Source of the DNA: Nakamurella sp.
Lineage (GTDB): Bacteria > Actinomycetota > Actinomycetes > Mycobacteriales > Nakamurellaceae
Length of the DNA stretch: 64,000 bases
Direction: 5' to 3'
Assembly (NCBI GenBank): GCA_017848755.1
Contig: JAFIHI010000091.1
Coordinates: 350-64,349 of the forward strand
The translations under genes were made by a program, and so were the position numbers. Within the stretch, counting starts at the first letter, position 1. Every line of letters starts with the position of its first letter. The notes under the pieces are model-generated. The model worked only from the letters and a program-made list of their open reading frames with translations. It was not told the origin of the DNA and made no database searches. Positions 50,036 through 60,174 of this stretch are shown piece by piece.

Positions 50036-51226
50036 GTGATCGCAGCAACATCCGACGGGCCGGATGCCGCCGAATACGCCGACCGACTCGCCCGGGTGCG
50101 CGCCGCCATGGCCGAGCGCTCGCTGTCGGCATTGGTGGTGGCCGATCCGGCCAATCTGTACTACCTCACCGGATACAACGCGTGGTCGTTCTACACCCCG
50201 CAATGTCTCGTCGTTCCGGCGGACGGCGATATCCGGCTGTTCGCCCGAGCCATGGATGCCGACGGCGCGACGAACACGACGTGGCTGCCAGCGGACCGGA
50301 TCGACGGCTATCCCGAAGAGCTGGTTCACCGGCCCGACGCGCACCCCTACCAGTGGATCGCGCGGCGCGCGGTGGAAACCGGCGTGCTGCCGCCCGACGG
50401 CACCATTGCGGTGGAGGGCGACGCGAACTTCTTCTCGGTACGCGGCTACCAGGCGCTCACCGCAGGAGTTCCCGGTGCGAGTTTCCAGGACAGCCGCGAG
50501 CTGGTGAACTGGGTGCGCGTGGTCAAGTCCCCGTACGAGCAGCAGATGCTGCGGATCGCCGGAACCGTCACGGACGGCGCCATGTCGACCGCGCTCGCCG
50601 CGATGGAAGCGGGCCGCCGTCAATGCGACGTGGTCGCCGACATCATGCATGCGCAGGCCGCCGGCACCGCCGAGCACGGCGGCGACTACCCCGCGATCGT
50701 GCCCATGCTGCCGACCGGCAAGACCGCCGGCACGCCGCACATGACGTGGAGCGACCAACCCTTCGTCGTCGGCGAGGCGACCACGATCGAGGTCGCCGGT
50801 GTCTACCTCCGCTACCATGTGCCGCTGGCCCGCACGGTCGTGTTCGGCACACCCGAGCGGCGCCTCGCCGCTCTCGCCGACACGATCACCGAGGGCATGG
50901 CGGCCGCCCTAGCAGCCCTGGCCCCTGGCGCCACGCCGCATCAGGCGCACGTCGCGTTCACCGACGTGATCAGCCGCGAGGGGTTCACCAAGGAGTCCCG
51001 CATCGGCTATTCGATCGGCATCGGATACCCCCCCGACTGGGGCGAGCGGACCGTGAGCCTGCGCGCCCATGACGACACCGAGTTAGTCGCCGGGATGGCG
51101 TTCCACGTCATCCTCGGCATGTGGATGGACGGCTGGGGCTACGAGCTCTCCGAGCCCGTGCTCATCACCGATCAAGGCGCCGAGCGGCTCACCCATCAGG
51201 AGCAGACCCTCACCGTGAAGGCGTGA
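50036..51226 (+). CDS. doeA: Ectoine hydrolase-like M24 family protein (DoeA/EutD)
   Basis: DPANLYYLTGYNAWSFY..Q, GDYPAIVPMLPTG, SRIGYSIGIGYPPDWGERTVSLR, characteristic of DoeA. Confidence 0.82.
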   Translation: MIAATSDGPDAAEYADRLARVRAAMAERSLSALVVADPANLYYLTGYNAWSFYTPQCLVVPADGDIRLFARAMDADGATNTTWLPADRIDGYPEELVHRPDAHPYQWIARRAVETGVLPPDGTIAVEGDANFFSVRGYQALTAGVPGASFQDSRELVNWVRVVKSPYEQQMLRIAGTVTDGAMSTALAAMEAGRRQCDVVADIMHAQAAGTAEHGGDYPAIVPMLPTGKTAGTPHMTWSDQPFVVGEATTIEVAGVYLRYHVPLARTVVFGTPERRLAALADTITEGMAAALAALAPGATPHQAHVAFTDVISREGFTKESRIGYSIGIGYPPDWGERTVSLRAHDDTELVAGMAFHVILGMWMDGWGYELSEPVLITDQGAERLTHQEQTLTVKA

Positions 51227-51231
51227 TCCGC

Positions 51232-52437
51232 ATGTCCGTACTGCCTCTCGCCGCTCGCGCCACCGGGCTGGTCGGCTCCGTCATCGACTCGTCGACATCG
51301 CTGCTGGCGAGCCAGACGCACGACATCGTACGGTTCGCCATGGGTAGTCCGGCTGCCGAGGCGGTGCCGAGTGCCGTTCTCGCCGAGATCGCGGCGACGG
51401 CCCTCGGAGCCGCGGCGGCCGACGCCTATGGCTATGCGGCGACCGAGGGCGATCCGCCGCTTCGTGAGGCGCTGCTCAAGGTGCTCGAGGGCACATCGGA
51501 CGCGACGACCGCTGACCGCCTCATGATCACCGCGGGCGGAATGCAGGGTCTGGACCTCGGCTTCAAGATGTTCGTCGACCCCGGCGACCTCGTCATCGTC
51601 GAGTCGCCCACCTACACCAACGGAAGCTCGACGGCCCTGTCGTACCAGGCGGAGCTGCTCGAGGCCCCGCTCGATGACGACGGTCTCATCGTCGAGCAGC
51701 TGCCGGACCTCGTCGCGCAGGCCGGACGCACCCCGAAGGTCATCTATACGATCCCGACGTTCCAGAACCCGTCCGGAACCACGATGTCGCTTCGGCGCCG
51801 GCAGCTGCTCGTGGAGCTCGCGAACCGCTGGGGCTCGGTCATCATCGATGACGACCCCTACGGGCTGCTCCGGTTCGAGGGCGGACCGGTCCCCAGCCTG
51901 CGCGAGGTCGCGGCCGGCGACCCGCTGGTGTTCTCGGTCCGCACGTTCTCCAAGATCATCGCGCCGGGTTTGCGCGTCGGCTGGGTCGACGCGGATCCCG
52001 GCCTGCAGCAACTGATGATCAACGCGAAGCAGGCGATGGACACCTGCACGAACCTGCCTGCGCAGCGGCTCGTGGCCGAGTTCCTTGGGAGCGGTGCGCT
52101 CGCCGGCCACCTGGCCGGGCTCCGCGACGAATACCGGCACCGCAAGCACGCGATGCAGCAGGCGTTGTCGGACCATCTCGGCGACATCGCGCACTGGACC
52201 GATCCCCAGGGCGGATTCTTCCTGTGGGTGACGCTGACCAACGGAGTCGACACCCAGCAGCTGTTCGAGACGGCGCTCGCCGAGGGCGTCGCGTACATCC
52301 CCGGGCCCGCGTTCTCGGCCTCGGGCCGCTTCCACGACGCGCTGCGGCTCTGCTTCGCGTCGACCACGCCGGAACGCACCGACCTAGGCGTCCGGCGGCT
52401 GCGTCGCGCCATCGACCGCGGCGCGGCGGGGCAGTGA
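51232..52437 (+). CDS. Class I/II PLP aminotransferase (ARO8/MocR-like)
   Basis: ESPTY, YTIPTFQNPSG, DDDPY, RTFSKIIAPGLRVGW, PQGGFFLW. Confidence 0.88.
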   Translation: MSVLPLAARATGLVGSVIDSSTSLLASQTHDIVRFAMGSPAAEAVPSAVLAEIAATALGAAAADAYGYAATEGDPPLREALLKVLEGTSDATTADRLMITAGGMQGLDLGFKMFVDPGDLVIVESPTYTNGSSTALSYQAELLEAPLDDDGLIVEQLPDLVAQAGRTPKVIYTIPTFQNPSGTTMSLRRRQLLVELANRWGSVIIDDDPYGLLRFEGGPVPSLREVAAGDPLVFSVRTFSKIIAPGLRVGWVDADPGLQQLMINAKQAMDTCTNLPAQRLVAEFLGSGALAGHLAGLRDEYRHRKHAMQQALSDHLGDIAHWTDPQGGFFLWVTLTNGVDTQQLFETALAEGVAYIPGPAFSASGRFHDALRLCFASTTPERTDLGVRRLRRAIDRGAAGQ

Positions 52438-52438
52438 C

Positions 52439-53638
52439 ATGGCGATCTCGAGCGCGGAGCAGCGCGTTCTGGATCTCGTCGACGACGCCGAGATCGTGGC
52501 TGTCGCGCAGGCTCTCGTCCGAGCGCCCGGCGAGAATCCGCCCGGCGGCGAGGGCCCGACGGCGCAGGTGCTCGCCGCCGAGGCGGGTCGCCTCGGGCTC
52601 CGTTGCCGGATGGTCGACGTGGCGCCGGACCGGCCGAACGTCTCGGTCGTCGCCGACGGCGGCAGCGAGCCGGGCCTGCTGCTGCTGGGTCACACGGATG
52701 TCGTGCCGATCGGCGACGGCTGGACCGTCTCACCCACCGGCGGCGAGATCCGGGGTGGGCGTCTGTACGGCCGCGGCAGCACCGACATGAAGGGCGGGCT
52801 CGCCGCCGCTCTGGTCGCCATGGCCGCGATCCAGCGTGCCGGGGCCCGGCTGCGCGGGCCGATCGAGCTGGCGGCCGTCGTCGACGAGGAGGAGAACGGG
52901 CTGGGCGCGCGGGCGCTGATCGCCGAGAGGGCCGCGGATCCAGCAGCGCCCGCCTACCGCGCGTGCGTGGTCGCCGAGCCGACCGACTTGCAGACCATCA
53001 TTGCCGCGCGCGGCGCCGCCTATTTCCGCGTGAGCGTCACGGGCAAGGCGGCGCACGCCGGCAATCCGGCCGACGGAGTGAACGCGATCTACGGTGCGGC
53101 CGCGATCATCGGCGAGATCGAGCGGTGGCACCGCCAGCTCGCGGTCGACGCCCGGCCGCTCATCGGACCGGCGACGTGGAATGTCGGGACCGTGCGCGGC
53201 GGCACCGGCGGCTCGATCGTGCCCGCGGAATGCGTCATGATGGTCGACCGGCGGCTGCTGCCCGGCGACGACCCGGTGCAGATAGAAGCTGAGTTGCGCG
53301 CGCGCATCGATGCGTTGGGTGTTGCGGCGGCCGAGATGTCGGTGACCGTGGAGACGCTGATGGCCATGCCCGGTTTCGAGACGCAGCCGGACCACGCCCT
53401 GGTGACCACGGCGCACGATGCCATCCGCGAGGCCGGCGGCCCGGATCTTCCGCTCGGCGGCTGGACCGCCGCATGCGACGGCGGATATGTGCAGCGCGCC
53501 GAGGGCACTCCGGTCATCGTGCTCGGACCCGGGTCGGTGCAGACCCAGGCGCATCGCGCGGACGAGTCCGTCGGTGTCGCCGAGCTGGTGACGGCGGCGC
53601 GCGCCTATGCGCTCATCGGCCTCCGCCTGCTCAGCTGA
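52439..53638 (+). CDS. M20 ArgE/DapE family deacylase
   Basis: LLGHTDVVP, GRGSTDMKGG, VDEEE, VVAEPT, HAGNP, AHRADE. Confidence 0.88.
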   Translation: MAISSAEQRVLDLVDDAEIVAVAQALVRAPGENPPGGEGPTAQVLAAEAGRLGLRCRMVDVAPDRPNVSVVADGGSEPGLLLLGHTDVVPIGDGWTVSPTGGEIRGGRLYGRGSTDMKGGLAAALVAMAAIQRAGARLRGPIELAAVVDEEENGLGARALIAERAADPAAPAYRACVVAEPTDLQTIIAARGAAYFRVSVTGKAAHAGNPADGVNAIYGAAAIIGEIERWHRQLAVDARPLIGPATWNVGTVRGGTGGSIVPAECVMMVDRRLLPGDDPVQIEAELRARIDALGVAAAEMSVTVETLMAMPGFETQPDHALVTTAHDAIREAGGPDLPLGGWTAACDGGYVQRAEGTPVIVLGPGSVQTQAHRADESVGVAELVTAARAYALIGLRLLS

Positions 53639-53659
53639 CCGCGTGCGGTCGGTCGCCGG

Positions 53660-54481
53660 TCAGTGGCCGAGCACCGCGCCGAGGAACTTCCGCGTCCGCT
53701 CGTGACCCGGCTCGTGGAAGATTTGCTGCGGCGGTCCGCTCTCGACGACCACGCCCTTATCGAACATCACGACGCGGTCCGAGATTTCCTCGGCGAAGCG
53801 CATCTCATGCGTGACCATCAGCATCGTCATATCCGCAGAGGTCGCCATCTCGCGGATCACGCCGAGCACCTCACCGATCAACTCCGGATCCAGTGCGGAC
53901 GTCGGCTCGTCGAACAGCATCACCTTCGGGCGCATCGCCATCGCGCGGGCGATCGCGACCCGCTGCTGCTGTCCGCCCGACAGCTGCGCGGGACGATGCT
54001 GCAGATGTTGTGCGAGCCCCACCTGCGCAAGCAGGCCCTCCGCCCGCTCGCGCGCCTCCGGCTTCGCCAGCCCGAGCACCCGGACGGGCGCCTCCATGAC
54101 GTTCTCCAGCGCTGTCATGTGCGGGAAGAGGTTGAAGGACTGAAATACCATGCCGACACTGCGCCGCGCATCCCTGCTCTCGCGGGTGAGCTTCGGCTTG
54201 TCGCCCGGCTTCACGTCCCACAGCCGGCTGCCACCGACGATGACGGCGCCCTCGTTCGGCGTCTCCAAGGTCATCAGGATCCGCAGGATCGTGGTCTTGC
54301 CGGAGCCGGACGGACCGATGATGCACACCTTCTCGCCGGCCTGCACGTCGAAGTCAAGGCTGCGCAAGACGTGGTTCGATCCCCACGACTTGGTGACCCC
54401 GCGGAACGAGATCATCACGCTCGGGTCCGGCTGGACGGACCTCGCGGCCGTTGCGGCGACGTCAGATTCTATTGAGGGCAA
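53660..54481 (-). CDS. ehuA: Ectoine/hydroxyectoine-type ABC ATP-binding protein
   Basis: [42 protein letters not shown]; last gene of the ehuBCDA-like operon. Confidence 0.8.
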   Translation of the reverse strand: MPSIESDVAATAARSVQPDPSVMISFRGVTKSWGSNHVLRSLDFDVQAGEKVCIIGPSGSGKTTILRILMTLETPNEGAVIVGGSRLWDVKPGDKPKLTRESRDARRSVGMVFQSFNLFPHMTALENVMEAPVRVLGLAKPEARERAEGLLAQVGLAQHLQHRPAQLSGGQQQRVAIARAMAMRPKVMLFDEPTSALDPELIGEVLGVIREMATSADMTMLMVTHEMRFAEEISDRVVMFDKGVVVESGPPQQIFHEPGHERTRKFLGAVLGH

Positions 54482-55121
54482 GGTGACGCTCCAAGGTTCG
54501 GATGAGCAGCGAGGACACCAGGCTGACTATCAGATACAGCAGTCCGGCGATGGTGACAGGCTCCAGGTATCGATAGGTGCTGGAGCCGATCGCCTGGACG
54601 CGGCCCATGAGTTCGAAGACGGTGATCGCGAACAGGACGGCGGAATCTTTGAACATTTGCACCAGGTAATTGCCGAGCATCGGCACCACGGCCCGCAGCG
54701 CTTGCGGAAGCACGACCCGGGTCCAGGTGAGAGCCTGCGGCATAGAAAGTGCGGTTGCGGCCTCCCACTGCCCCCGCGGCACGTCTTCGACGCCGGCCCG
54801 GTACACCTCGGCGGTGTAGGCGCTGTAGTTGATCCCGATGACGGCGATGCCGGTGACGAGCGGGCTGAACGCGATGCCGTACGCCGGCAGTGCAAAGAAC
54901 GCGAGATACGCCTGCACCAGCAGCGGCGTTCCGCGCACGAAGTGTACGTAGAAGCCGAAGATCGGCGACACGATCGGAATCGCCAGACGTCGGACGATCG
55001 CGACGACGAGGCCGAGCACCAGTGCGATTACCATTCCGGCGATGGTGATCTGGATCGTGAGCCACAGCCCGCCGAGCAACTCCGGAAGGATCGAGATGGC
55101 GAACGCGGTGTCCCAGCTCAT
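54462..55121 (-). CDS. ehuD: Ectoine/hydroxyectoine-type ABC permease
   Basis: MSWDTAFA..ILP.LL.GL, RGTPLLVQ, MLGNYLVQMFKDS. Confidence 0.78.
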   Translation of the reverse strand: MSWDTAFAISILPELLGGLWLTIQITIAGMVIALVLGLVVAIVRRLAIPIVSPIFGFYVHFVRGTPLLVQAYLAFFALPAYGIAFSPLVTGIAVIGINYSAYTAEVYRAGVEDVPRGQWEAATALSMPQALTWTRVVLPQALRAVVPMLGNYLVQMFKDSAVLFAITVFELMGRVQAIGSSTYRYLEPVTIAGLLYLIVSLVSSLLIRTLERHLALNRI

Positions 55122-55831
55122 GACACCGTCCCGGCAGCCGTGAGCGGCTTGTTCTTCGACGCGCGCAGGAACGACGCCGACGGGCGATCGATCGCGAAGC
55201 GGCGCTCCAGCCACCGGCTGAGTAGGCCGATGAGCTGGGACAGCAGGAAGTACATGACGAGGATCATCAGGTACACCGTCATCGTCTGGCCGTACGCGTT
55301 ACGGATGAACGACGCCCGGAACGTCAGATCGGTGACGCCGATGAACGAGACCAGCGAGCTGTTCTTGAGCAAATCGACCGCGACATTGCCGAACGGCGGC
55401 AACATCGCCGGGATCGACTGCGGGATGAGCACGCGCCGCATACGCAGCGACTTGCCCATGTTGAGCGCGATGCATGCCTCGTTCTGGCCGGCGGCGCGGG
55501 TGATGACCGCGCCGCGCACAATCTCCGCGGCGTAGGCGCCCTCGTTGAGGCCGACGGCCACGATCCCCGCCAGCAGCGGCGACAACTCGATCCCGACCGC
55601 GGGCAGAGCGAAGAAGAAGAAGAACAGTTGCACCACCAGCGAGGTGCCCCGGAACAGCTCGATAAATACGACCGAGATCCCGCGCACCCAGGCATGGTCG
55701 GACAGGCGGCCGATGCCAGCGATGAACGCGGTCACCAGCGCGAGCACCGTGCCGAGCACCGTCACGATGACCGTGTACAGCAACCCCCACCCGAGCTGGG
55801 GAAACGCATAGGCCCAGAACCCTTCCGGCAT
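55118..55831 (-). CDS. ehuC: Ectoine/hydroxyectoine-type ABC permease
   Basis: ELFRGTSLVVQLF, GLNEGAYAAEIVRGA, MLPPFGN..VDLLK. Confidence 0.78.
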   Translation of the reverse strand: MPEGFWAYAFPQLGWGLLYTVIVTVLGTVLALVTAFIAGIGRLSDHAWVRGISVVFIELFRGTSLVVQLFFFFFALPAVGIELSPLLAGIVAVGLNEGAYAAEIVRGAVITRAAGQNEACIALNMGKSLRMRRVLIPQSIPAMLPPFGNVAVDLLKNSSLVSFIGVTDLTFRASFIRNAYGQTMTVYLMILVMYFLLSQLIGLLSRWLERRFAIDRPSASFLRASKNKPLTAAGTVS

Positions 55832-55887
55832 CGTTCGCCTGTCCTCCCTTCGTGCCTCGTGAACTGAAACCGATCGAGATCAGGCAC

Positions 55888-56805
55888 TCAGCCCGGGTTC
55901 TTGCAGAGCTCCGCGGTCGTGACGCCCTTGACGACCGCCGGGTCGAATCCCCACTTGTCGAGGATCTGCGCGAACTCTGGCGAGTCCTTCAGCGTGGTCA
56001 GGTTCTTGTTGTACTCGTCGACGAAGGCCTTGTCGTCCTTGCGGAACGCGGCGCCCGATCCGGTCTTCGGGGCGTCGCTAACCGGCGGCGTCACCTCCAG
56101 GCCCTTCTCCGTCTCGGCGAGCGCCTTGAGTGACAGCGTCGGCAGCATGAACGCGTCGGCACGACCGGCCAGCACGGCCTCGACGCCGCTGCGGTTGTCG
56201 TTGATGCGCACGAGCTGTGAATCTGGCACCTTCGCGGTCTGCAGGATGCCCTCCTCGAATCCGCCGGGCAGGACGACGATCTTGAGGTTCTTGTTGTCCA
56301 GCACGTCCTTGACCGTGAGGATGTGCTTCGGATTGCCCTGCGGCACGCCGAACGATTCGGTGGAGACGATCACCGGCTCGGAGTAGAGCACCTGTGCGCA
56401 GCGCGACTCCTTCATGAACAGCCCCGCCGTGATGGCGTCCCAGCGGTTGGCCTGCAGGCCCGGAATCATGCCGTTGTAGGGGGTGATGATGCCCTGGATA
56501 TCGTCGATGCCCATCTTCTTGCAGACGGCGCGGCACACGTCCGGCTCGCAGCCGGTGACGGTGCCGTCGGCCTCGACCTTGGTGTACGGCGGCTCGTTGG
56601 CGATGGCGACCCGGATGTAGCCCTGCTTCTTGGCGCGAGACAGCAGGTCCGCACCGAGATCGCTGCCACCGCTGGCCGCACCGGTCGTACCCGCGACCGG
56701 CGCATTGTTCGAGCCGCATGCGGCGAGAAATGTGCCGGTCGGGATCGCCAGTGCGGCGTACCCGACACCCCGCAACATAGTCCGGCGGGTAATCTCTGGC
56801 GTCAT
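55888..56805 (-). CDS. ehuB: Ectoine/hydroxyectoine-type ABC substrate-binding lipoprotein (Tat)
   Basis: TRRTMLRG Tat motif, LAAC lipobox, IANEPPY, IPGLQANRWDAITAGLF...RCAQVLYSEP, NPKHILT. Confidence 0.8.
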   Translation of the reverse strand: MTPEITRRTMLRGVGYAALAIPTGTFLAACGSNNAPVAGTTGAASGGSDLGADLLSRAKKQGYIRVAIANEPPYTKVEADGTVTGCEPDVCRAVCKKMGIDDIQGIITPYNGMIPGLQANRWDAITAGLFMKESRCAQVLYSEPVIVSTESFGVPQGNPKHILTVKDVLDNKNLKIVVLPGGFEEGILQTAKVPDSQLVRINDNRSGVEAVLAGRADAFMLPTLSLKALAETEKGLEVTPPVSDAPKTGSGAAFRKDDKAFVDEYNKNLTTLKDSPEFAQILDKWGFDPAVVKGVTTAELCKNPG

Positions 56806-56897
56806 GCTCACTCCTATCAGGATTACAGCGCTCGACCGAGCGCGGACCGCGGCACCCTCCGCGACGTCTGGTCAGAAACCTAGTTTCGTGTTGTAGC

Positions 56898-56909
56898 ATT
56901 GTCAACAAT
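56898..56909. promoter_or_regulatory. GntR-type operator ATTGTCAACAAT
   Basis: Between the divergent ehuB and isomerase-gntR genes. Confidence 0.8.
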
Positions 56910-57008
56910 CTTCTGATTTACTGATCGCATCGTAATGACATCGTCATCTCGGATTCGGCCGTCACCACGGGTGCGGTTGCACCGACCTCGACTAGTCGGA
57001 AGGCCCCG

Positions 57009-57743
57009 ATGAACCCTGCACCCGACACCCAGGCCCCCACGGTCGGCCTGTTGTACCCCGGCTTTGGCGCGGAGGACGACTTCCCCGCGCTGGAGCAGCG
57101 ACTCGACGGCGCGATACGACTGCCGCTCGTGCACACGTCGGTGGGTGTGGACCACCACGACGTGGACGCGCTGCTCGACCTCGGCGGTCCGGACCGACTT
57201 GCTGAGGGCGCGCACACCCTGATGGAGTCGGCACCCGGTTCGGTGATGTGGGCATGTACCTCGGGCAGCTTCGTGTTCGGGTGGGACGGCGCGCGGCGTC
57301 AGGTCGAGCAGCTTGCCGTCGTCACGGGATTGCCCACTTCTTCGACGTCGCTGGCGTTCGTCGCTGCGCTGCAGCACCTCGGAATCCGCACCGTCGCCGT
57401 GGCCGCCTCCTACCCAGAGGATGTCGCAACCCACTTCGTCGGATTCCTGGGCAGCGGCGGCATCACCGTCACCACCATGACGAGTCACGGGATCGAAACG
57501 GCCGCGGGCGTCGGGAAGCTGTCCGACGCCGCGGTCGTGGACCTGGTCCGCAGCGTCGACACCACCGGCGCGGAAGCGGTTCTCGTCCCGGACACGGCCA
57601 TGCATTCGTTGCTCCTCGTCGAGGCGATGGAGCAGGCCGCCGGGCTCCCGGTACTCACCGCGAACCAGGTGACGGTGTGGCAGGGGCTGGCGATTCAGGG
57701 CGCCAGGACCGCCCTTCCCCGGCTTGGAAGATTGTTCACGTGA
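57009..57743 (+). CDS. Maleate isomerase / Asp-Glu racemase family paralogue
   Basis: VGLLYPG..AEDD, WACTSGSFVFG, AASYP; the second Cys site reads PDTA. Confidence 0.85.
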   Translation: MNPAPDTQAPTVGLLYPGFGAEDDFPALEQRLDGAIRLPLVHTSVGVDHHDVDALLDLGGPDRLAEGAHTLMESAPGSVMWACTSGSFVFGWDGARRQVEQLAVVTGLPTSSTSLAFVAALQHLGIRTVAVAASYPEDVATHFVGFLGSGGITVTTMTSHGIETAAGVGKLSDAAVVDLVRSVDTTGAEAVLVPDTAMHSLLLVEAMEQAAGLPVLTANQVTVWQGLAIQGARTALPRLGRLFT

Positions 57744-58465
57744 GCACCCCACATTTCATCGAGCCGCTGGTCCAGCGGTCGACCCCGAGCATCATCGCCG
57801 AAAAGCTCCGCCTGGCCATCGCGCACGGCGAGCTCGCCCCCGGCGACCAGTTGTTCGAGGCCGAGCTCGCCCGCGAACTGGGGGTGAGCCGCGGCCCGCT
57901 GCGCGAGGCGATCCAGCGGCTCACCCAGGAGGGGCTGCTGATTGCGATCCGTAACCGCGGGGTCTTCGTCATCGAGATGACGCCGGAGCGGATCAGGGAC
58001 ATGTACGTCGCGCGGGCTGCGATCGAGCGGGCGGCGGCCGAGCAAATTCTGCGGTCCGGTCGCGGTGACACGGCAGCGGAGGCCCTGCTGGAGGTGGTGG
58101 CGCAGATGCGCGAGGCCAACCGGCGCCACCGCATCGCGGACACCACCGAGGCCGACATGCGCTACCACCAGCTGCTCGTCGAACTGGCGCACAGCCCCCG
58201 CCTGAGCCGGATCCACTCGACGCTGCTCACCGAGACCCGGATCTGCATCACGGCACTGGAGGACAGTTACCGGTTCGGCGACGACCGCGTCGACGAGCAC
58301 CGGGCGATCGCCGAGGCGCTCCGCTCGGACAGCGGCTCGCCGAAACCGGACGGGCAGCGTCGCACCCTCGTGGACCGATTGCTGGTGGACCACATGGATG
58401 ACGCGCTCCGGCGGCTCTCCGCTTCGGAGGCTGAGGCGCCGGACGCCGATGGCGTCACGGTGTGA
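57740..58465 (+). CDS. GntR family regulator (FadR/FCD type)
   Basis: LAPGDQLFEAELARELGVSRGPLREAIQRL..EGLL...NRGVFV, FCD-like C-terminus; GTGA overlap. Confidence 0.92.
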   Translation: MSTPHFIEPLVQRSTPSIIAEKLRLAIAHGELAPGDQLFEAELARELGVSRGPLREAIQRLTQEGLLIAIRNRGVFVIEMTPERIRDMYVARAAIERAAAEQILRSGRGDTAAEALLEVVAQMREANRRHRIADTTEADMRYHQLLVELAHSPRLSRIHSTLLTETRICITALEDSYRFGDDRVDEHRAIAEALRSDSGSPKPDGQRRTLVDRLLVDHMDDALRRLSASEAEAPDADGVTV

Positions 58466-58517
58466 CGCCGCCAGCATCAGGCACAACCCGTGCGGCAGTC
58501 GCACGCCGGCGTGCGGC

Positions 58518-60014
58518 TCACATCTTGACGCCGATGTACTTCGTCTCGAGGAACTCGTCGATGCCGGTCGGCCCCCCCTCGCGCCCCAGGCCCGACGCCT
58601 TGACGCCGCCGAACGGGGCGGCAGGGTTCGATACGACGCCCTCGTTGAGCCCTACCATCCCGCACTCGAGCGCCTCGGCGACGCGCAGCGCCCTGCGCAG
58701 GTCGTTCGTGTAGACGTAGGCGACCAGGCCGTACGGCGTGTCGTTCGCGGCGTCGATCACCGCCTGCTCGTCGGTGAAGGCCGTCAGCGGCGCGACGGGC
58801 CCGAAGATCTCCTCGCGGGCCATGCGCACGCTCTCTGGAACACCGGTGAGCACCGTGGGCGGGTAGAAGAAACCGTCGCCGTCGGGCGCCTGCCCGCCGG
58901 TGAGGATGCGCGCACCGCCTGCCACGGCGTCGGCGACGAGGCCGGAGACCTTCTGCTGCGCCGCGGCGTCGATTAGCGGACCGACCTGCACACCTTCTTC
59001 CACGCCGCGGCCGATTCGCATCGTTGACATCGCGGCCGCGAGCTTGGCGCCGAACGCGTCGATGACCGAGGTGTGGACGTAGATGCGGTTCGCTGCCGTG
59101 CAGGCCTCGCCCATGTTCCGCATCTTCGCGGCGAGTGCCCCGGCGACCGCCTCGTCGAGGTCAGCGTCCTCGAAGACGATGAACGGCGCGTTCCCGCCGA
59201 GTTCCATGGAGGTGCGCATGACCTGTTCGGCGCACTGCTCGAGGAGGACCTTGCCGACGCTGGTCGAGCCGGTGAACGACAGCTTCCGCGCATCGCCCGA
59301 CCTGATGAGCGGCTCCATCACAGCGTTCGCGCGCCGCGTCGTCACGATGTTCACGACGCCGGCCGGGATGCCCGCCTCGGCGAGGATACCGCCCAGGGCC
59401 AGCATCGACAGCGGCGTCTGCGCAGCAGGTTTGATGACGCTGGTGCAGCCGGCCGCGATCGCCGGGCCGAGCTTGCGGGTGCCCATCGCCATGGGGAAGT
59501 TCCACGGGGTGATGAGCAGGCAGGGGCCGACCGGTTGCCGTGCTACCAGGAAGCGGGCGCCGCCGGTCGGCGCGATCTGATAGCCGCCGTCGATTCGGGT
59601 GGCCTCTTCAGCGAAGTGGCGGAAGAACTCGGCCGCGTAGGCGATCTCGCCGCGCGAATCGGCCAACGGCTTGCCCATCTCCAAGGTCATCAACAGGGCG
59701 AGCTCATCGGTGCGCTCGTGCAGCAGTTGAAAGGCGCGCATCAGCATGTCGGACCGCTCCCGCGGCGTGGTCGCCGCGAAGGCGCGCTGCGCCTGCACCG
59801 CCGCATCCAGCGCGCGCCGCCCGTCGGCCGGTGACGCATCCGCGACGGCGCACAGCGCCGTGCCCGTGGAGGGATCGAGCACCTCGAATGTGCCGGAGCC
59901 CTCGGCGTCGACCCACTCACCGTCGATGAAGAGTTGCTTGGCGACCCGGTCTATGACCGCGCGCTCGTCGATTCCGCCGTGTTCCGGTGCCGTCGTCGCC
60001 GTTGCTGTCGTCAT
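58518..60014 (-). CDS. gabD: NAD(P)-dependent succinate-semialdehyde dehydrogenase family (GabD/DoeC-like)
   Basis: ITPWNFP, FTGSTSVG, MELGGNAPF, GEACTAANR, EEIFGP, SGLGREGG. Confidence 0.88.
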   Translation of the reverse strand: MTTATATTAPEHGGIDERAVIDRVAKQLFIDGEWVDAEGSGTFEVLDPSTGTALCAVADASPADGRRALDAAVQAQRAFAATTPRERSDMLMRAFQLLHERTDELALLMTLEMGKPLADSRGEIAYAAEFFRHFAEEATRIDGGYQIAPTGGARFLVARQPVGPCLLITPWNFPMAMGTRKLGPAIAAGCTSVIKPAAQTPLSMLALGGILAEAGIPAGVVNIVTTRRANAVMEPLIRSGDARKLSFTGSTSVGKVLLEQCAEQVMRTSMELGGNAPFIVFEDADLDEAVAGALAAKMRNMGEACTAANRIYVHTSVIDAFGAKLAAAMSTMRIGRGVEEGVQVGPLIDAAAQQKVSGLVADAVAGGARILTGGQAPDGDGFFYPPTVLTGVPESVRMAREEIFGPVAPLTAFTDEQAVIDAANDTPYGLVAYVYTNDLRRALRVAEALECGMVGLNEGVVSNPAAPFGGVKASGLGREGGPTGIDEFLETKYIGVKM

Positions 60015-60137
60015 CGCATTCCTTTCGTCCGGCGCGGCTTCTGCCGCTCGCCGTCATCGCTTGTCTGGGTCGGCTGCCCTCTCGCGGCCGCTGCCTGCGA
60101 GGGTCATTGACACCGCGGCCATTCTGTCCATACTCTG

Positions 60138-60149
60138 ATTGTCGACAAT
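60138..60149. promoter_or_regulatory. GntR-type operator ATTGTCGACAAT
   Basis: Perfect palindrome between the divergent gabD and aminotransferase genes. Confidence 0.8.
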
Positions 60150-60174
60150 CTACCAGATAGGTTCGAGGAGAGAA

